From: Thermoplasmata archaeon
GTDB taxonomy: Archaea; Thermoplasmatota; SW-10-69-26; JACQPN01; JAJPHT01
NCBI GenBank assembly: GCA_034667685.1
Contig: JAXDQU010000108.1
Span: forward strand, 1-35,255
Reading direction: 5' to 3'
DNA: 35,255 nt
Positions 34,581-35,255 of this stretch are shown here, one piece after another. The position numbers and the translations under genes are program-made. Within the stretch, counting starts at the first letter, position 1, and each line of letters starts with the position of its first letter. The notes below the pieces were generated by a model. The model searched no databases and was not told the origin of the DNA. It worked only from the letters and a program-made list of their open reading frames with translations.

Positions 34581-34670
34581 GATTCGACCCGAGCCCGGGC
34601 CCTCTTCCGATTCCGAGCCCTGCGACAGCAAGCAGGGCTCGAAAGAGGGCTCGGGCTCGAAAGAGGGAAC
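34581..34670. repeat. Hexamer-unit palindromic intergenic repeat
   Basis: GAGCCC/TCTTCC-type units opposed by GGGCTC/GAAAGA units; core inverted repeat CGAGCCCTGC (34614-34623) / GCAGGGCTCG (34632-34641). Confidence 0.6.
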
Positions 34671-34671
34671 G

Positions 34672-34704
34672 AAAAGAAAAGACGCGGGGGCGCGAGGCCC
34701 CCGG
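34672..34704 (-). terminator. Hairpin plus U-tract after archaellin
   Basis: CGGGGGC..GCCCCCG stem followed by TTTTCTTTT on the minus strand. Confidence 0.6.
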
Positions 34705-34725
34705 TGTTGGGCATCGCGTGGCGCT

Positions 34726-35255
34726 TCAGCGCAGCGTGATGGTGGTGTCCGTCGAGTACGTGCTCGGCGTCTTGAAGTCGGCCGCGACGGGGGTGCCGGT
34801 CTCGGGGATCAGCGAGAGCTGCACCGAAGTGCGCGGCGCCAGCGTCGCGCCCAGGTCGAACTGGAGCTCCACGAGGTCGCCGCTCGACATCACGCCGGTG
34901 TTGTTCGTGCCGCGGATCCAGGTCGGGCTGAAGCCGGGCGAGCCATAGTTGTAGGTGTAGACGTTCGTGCCGTCCGTGTACCGGATGATGAGCTTGGTCA
35001 GGTCCATCGGGAGCGCGCCGGCCGAGAGCTCGACCTGGGTCTTCACGCGATAGATGTCGACGCCCGTGCCGTTGCGGATGCCGTACACGCCGGCGACCTT
35101 GAGGTTCGAGGAGACCTCCTGCGTGGCTTCCTTGCCGGTCGACTGGGCGCGCTGCTGCAGCGTGCCGGTGGTGTTGATCAGCACCGCGGCCGCGACGGCC
35201 GCGACGAGGACCATCGCGATGAACACGATCAGGGTACCGACGCCGACCTCGGCGC
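34726..35255 (-). CDS. arlB: Archaellin (archaeal flagellin), 5' end outside window
   Basis: AEVGVGTLIVFIAMVLVAAVAAAVLINTTGTLQQRAQSTG conserved N-terminus and C-terminal LIPETGTP. Confidence 0.93.
   Translation of the reverse strand, partial: AEVGVGTLIVFIAMVLVAAVAAAVLINTTGTLQQRAQSTGKEATQEVSSNLKVAGVYGIRNGTGVDIYRVKTQVELSAGALPMDLTKLIIRYTDGTNVYTYNYGSPGFSPTWIRGTNNTGVMSSGDLVELQFDLGATLAPRTSVQLSLIPETGTPVAADFKTPSTYSTDTTITLR

Overview
A high-GC archaeal chromosome segment. The rps13-rps4-rps11-rpoD cluster, archaellin, MptA, NOG1-type GTPase and AbrB-PhoU mark it as archaeal; Thermoplasmatota is a plausible but inferred lineage. Housekeeping and metabolic genes (LarE, patatin, FAH, SDR, NOG1, MptA, HI0933-type flavoprotein, PHP) are interspersed with a lower-GC orphan island (~6.2-8.0 kb), a run of secreted hydrolases (S53 protease, Asp-box propeller, phosphoesterase), two tandem paralogous lipoproteins and tRNA-Leu(CAA). 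The most striking feature is a ~3.9 kb cassette (20337-24246) bounded by a 31-bp direct repeat of the phoU 3' end. It encodes a ~11-TM membrane Ser/Thr kinase, a winged-HTH + FHA transcription factor and a divergent secreted beta-sandwich protein, which together look like a phosphothreonine-based analogue of a two-component system. Next to it is a decayed pst operon: pstC has a deletion and a frameshift, and pstA is joined to the tail of a second phoU. Many intergenic gaps hold palindromes built from 6-9-nt periodic units. All calls come from motif recognition by eye; no searches were run.
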